From NCBI RefSeq assembly GCF_044704955.1, contig NC_091987.1:86242001-86306000 (forward strand): 64,000 bases of DNA, read 5' to 3'. The position numbers were made by a program, and so were the translations under genes. The notes under the pieces were generated by a model. That model searched no databases, was not told the origin of the DNA, and saw only the letters and a program-made list of their open reading frames with translations. Source of the stretch: Pristiophorus japonicus. Lineage: Eukaryota. Shown piece by piece: positions 61,445-64,000 of the stretch (within the stretch, counting starts at the first letter, position 1; each line of letters opens with the position of its first letter).

Positions 61445-64000
61445 CATTTTGGAGTCAATAAAATCTCCAAGTTTCCCCAAAGTTTTTCTGCGTCAACGTA
61501 ATTCACTTGGGTACGATTTTTTTTAGGTTATGATTTTTTTTGAATCATAGAGGCGTAACCTGATGTCTGCGCCAGTTTTTCAGATTTAAGCAACTTACAT
61601 ATTTCCTAGGTTGGCATATGTGACCATTCCCAAAAAGCCGTCTGGGCACTAGAGAAAAACCAGCGCACATTATAAAATCAGTTTTTAGCTGAAGTTTTGG
61701 AGGGAGTCAAGAAGGCAGAGAATATGCAGCATAAATCTTAATTTTTTTCAAAGTCAAAAGGGTAAAATTGGAAGTCTAATGCAATTCTTGAATTTTAGAT
61801 TTTTTTCAAAGTACCACCCACCACCAAACATCTCCTCACTGGGCTCGAGGGTCGGAGCATCAGCCGGCAGAATCGCTCCCTCACCCGGACATGGGCTCTG
61901 GGCTCGGCTTAAAAAAAAAGCCCGGGAGGGGGGGCGGGGGTGGGGTGGAAACCGAACTGAACTGCCAGCCACTTATATTTCTTAGGCTATAAATGATCAA
62001 TTTCTAAAAGCTTTGTTTTCATCGCCAATACTGTTCACATCAGCAGCTTCAAAAGAAGCCTCGGGGGGGGGAGGGAAGGGTGGGGTGTGGAAGCTGGCTG
62101 GTGCTCCAACCCTCGCCCGGTAGGAGACGTTCGGTGGTGGGGTGGTACTTGAAAAAATTCAATAATTGCATTACACTTTATTGCCTCAAATGTCTTCATT
62201 GAATGACGAGCTTCCCGTTGTAAGCAAGCCTATTGCGTATGCACAGACCAGGGTGTGCTCCATACTAGGGTGTGCACCTTGGAGAGAGAGAGCAAAGAAG
62301 AGGTGTGAGTGCTTTGCCCTGCTGTTTTGAGGTTATTGCAAGGCTACAATTTAATTATGGGGGCAATATTGACGATGCCATATCTCGTGCAAGCCTTCTG
62401 TATGATGGTGTTGGGGAGGAGAAGATTGATTAGGCAGCGTCACCTGAGGAACCTCAGAGCACATAGGATGATGAGCAGGAAGCCTTACCCACATCGAGTA
62501 TATCGAAACACGCGTTCGTACCTGCACCTCAGTGATGTACAGGAACAGAAAAGGCTTCCACTCCGTGAATGTGCAGAATGTGTGAGAAGGCTGTGTTTCC
62601 GCAAAGAAATTGTAACCGAGATCTGTGAGTTAATAAAAGCAGACCTGCACCCTAGAAGCGTAAGGAGGACTGCATTGTCAGTTGAAGTAAAGGTTACAGC
62701 TGCACTTTCATTTTATGCATCTGGATCATTCCAGGCCATAACTCGGGATGTGTGCGTCATTTCTCAACATGCAACACATATCTGCATTCGGCAGGTAAAC
62801 TGCACTATATGCCAGGAGGAATGACTACATAAAGTTCCCCATGACCTCCCAGGCAACGCGTGACAGAGCTGTGGGCTTCTCCAGGATTGCTGGCTTCCCC
62901 AAGGTACATGGCTGCATTGATTGTACCCACATCGCGTTGCGAGCACCTTTGGAGGATTCCGAGATGTACAAGAACAGAAAAGGCTTCCACTCCATGAATG
63001 TGCAATTTGTCTGTGACAACATGCATCGCATCATGGCAGTTGATGCAAGATACCCTGGGAGCACCCATGATCTTTCACCCTGCACAAGAATGCTATATCT
63101 GCCATGTTTCACCAGCAGCCAAAAGGGCAGATCTGGTTGCTGGGGGACAAAGGGTACGGCCTCGCCACCTGGCTCATGACGCCCCTACGCGTAACCCGGA
63201 CGGAAGCTGACTGGGGAGACAACATGTTGCACATTGCGACGTGCAGCATAATAGAGAGGACCATTGGCATCTTGCAGCGTTTCCAATGCCTGAACCATTC
63301 CAGGGGCTACTTGCTATACTCCCCTGAGATTGTCGGTCAGTTCACTGTTGTTTGCTGCACAACTTGGCCATCATGAGGCAGCAGCAGCTGGTAGTGGAAG
63401 GCCCACCTGAGATGAGTGGCTGATGAGGAAAATGCAGATGACGAGGAAGCCATATAACTATCTGAGCCCGGAGCACGAAGGCGGAGGAGGATGGGCCATC
63501 GTGCCCCTTTAACGATTGCTCAAGCCTTGCACCAGCAGCTCATCCTTGAATGCTTTGCTGCCTGAAGGCTCAGTGGCAACTATTCCAAATGGACCATGTT
63601 TACTGTTTGCATCTGTTCCGTAATGTTGTGTTGTGTTAATAATGGAACAAATAATGTAAATGTTATAATTTAAAATATATTTTATTCAAAATTTTAACAC
63701 TTGGTTGTACTTAACTTTAATAAAAATATTCTTGCATCAAACTTTAAATTATTCACTTAAGATCACTTAAGCATTAAGATCACTTACAAACATTAAGATC
63801 ACTTACAAACTTTTAAACTTGTAAATTTACACCACTTACAAAAAACCTTTAATTTGAGAACAGTTACAACAGTAACAACAATTATAATAACAACAACAGC
63901 AGCAAAGAAAGACTGCACCCATCTCTCCTCCACCTTATTCTAAGACTGCCTGCTGCGCTTGTTCTTGTTGACTCCACCCCTGCCCTCTGGCGGTGGCAAG
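61445..64000 (+). mobile_element. PIF/Harbinger transposon running out of the window
   Basis: Left arm resembles the MITE at 43385-43620; transposase remnant; AT-rich 3' region. Confidence 0.85.
62357..63565 (+). pseudogene. Harbinger (HARBI1-like) transposase, frameshifted
   Basis: ALSFYASGSFQ, GCIDCTHI, NRKGFHSMNVQ, YPGSTHD, LGDKGYGL, IERTIGIL. Confidence 0.9.

Overview
Vertebrate nuclear DNA, most likely from a cartilaginous fish (shark-type CR1/L2/RTE/Penelope LINEs, Deu-type tRNA SINEs, Harbinger transposons). Three host genes are clear: TRMT10C (minus strand, single coding exon), TXNL4B/Dim2 (plus strand, 3 coding exons, 149 aa, head-to-head with TRMT10C) and an intact intronless FAM172B/ARB2A-paralog ORF (minus strand). 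A CpG island at about 48.4-48.8 kb probably starts a fourth gene (SENP7, by recalled human synteny only). Most of the remaining sequence is nested transposable elements. Two signals stand out. (1) Inside a CR1 in TXNL4B intron 1, inserts are stacked at one target site: a Tx1-clade 3' end, then a near-complete 5S rRNA copy fused to the 28S rRNA 3' end, each block starting with GCATGAAACTCTTTT. (2) A TSD-flanked, poly(A)-tailed 227-bp retroposon at 55.7-55.9 kb carries U2 snRNA 3' stem-loop IV followed by the U2 5' stem-loop I sequence, i.e. in permuted order. Also seen: a Penelope-type hammerhead ribozyme insert, 5'-inverted RTE copies, and alternative donors that could switch the TRMT10C upstream ATG between a uORF and an N-terminal extension. 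Repeat boundaries and family names were assigned by eye and from recalled reference sequences, so they are approximate.
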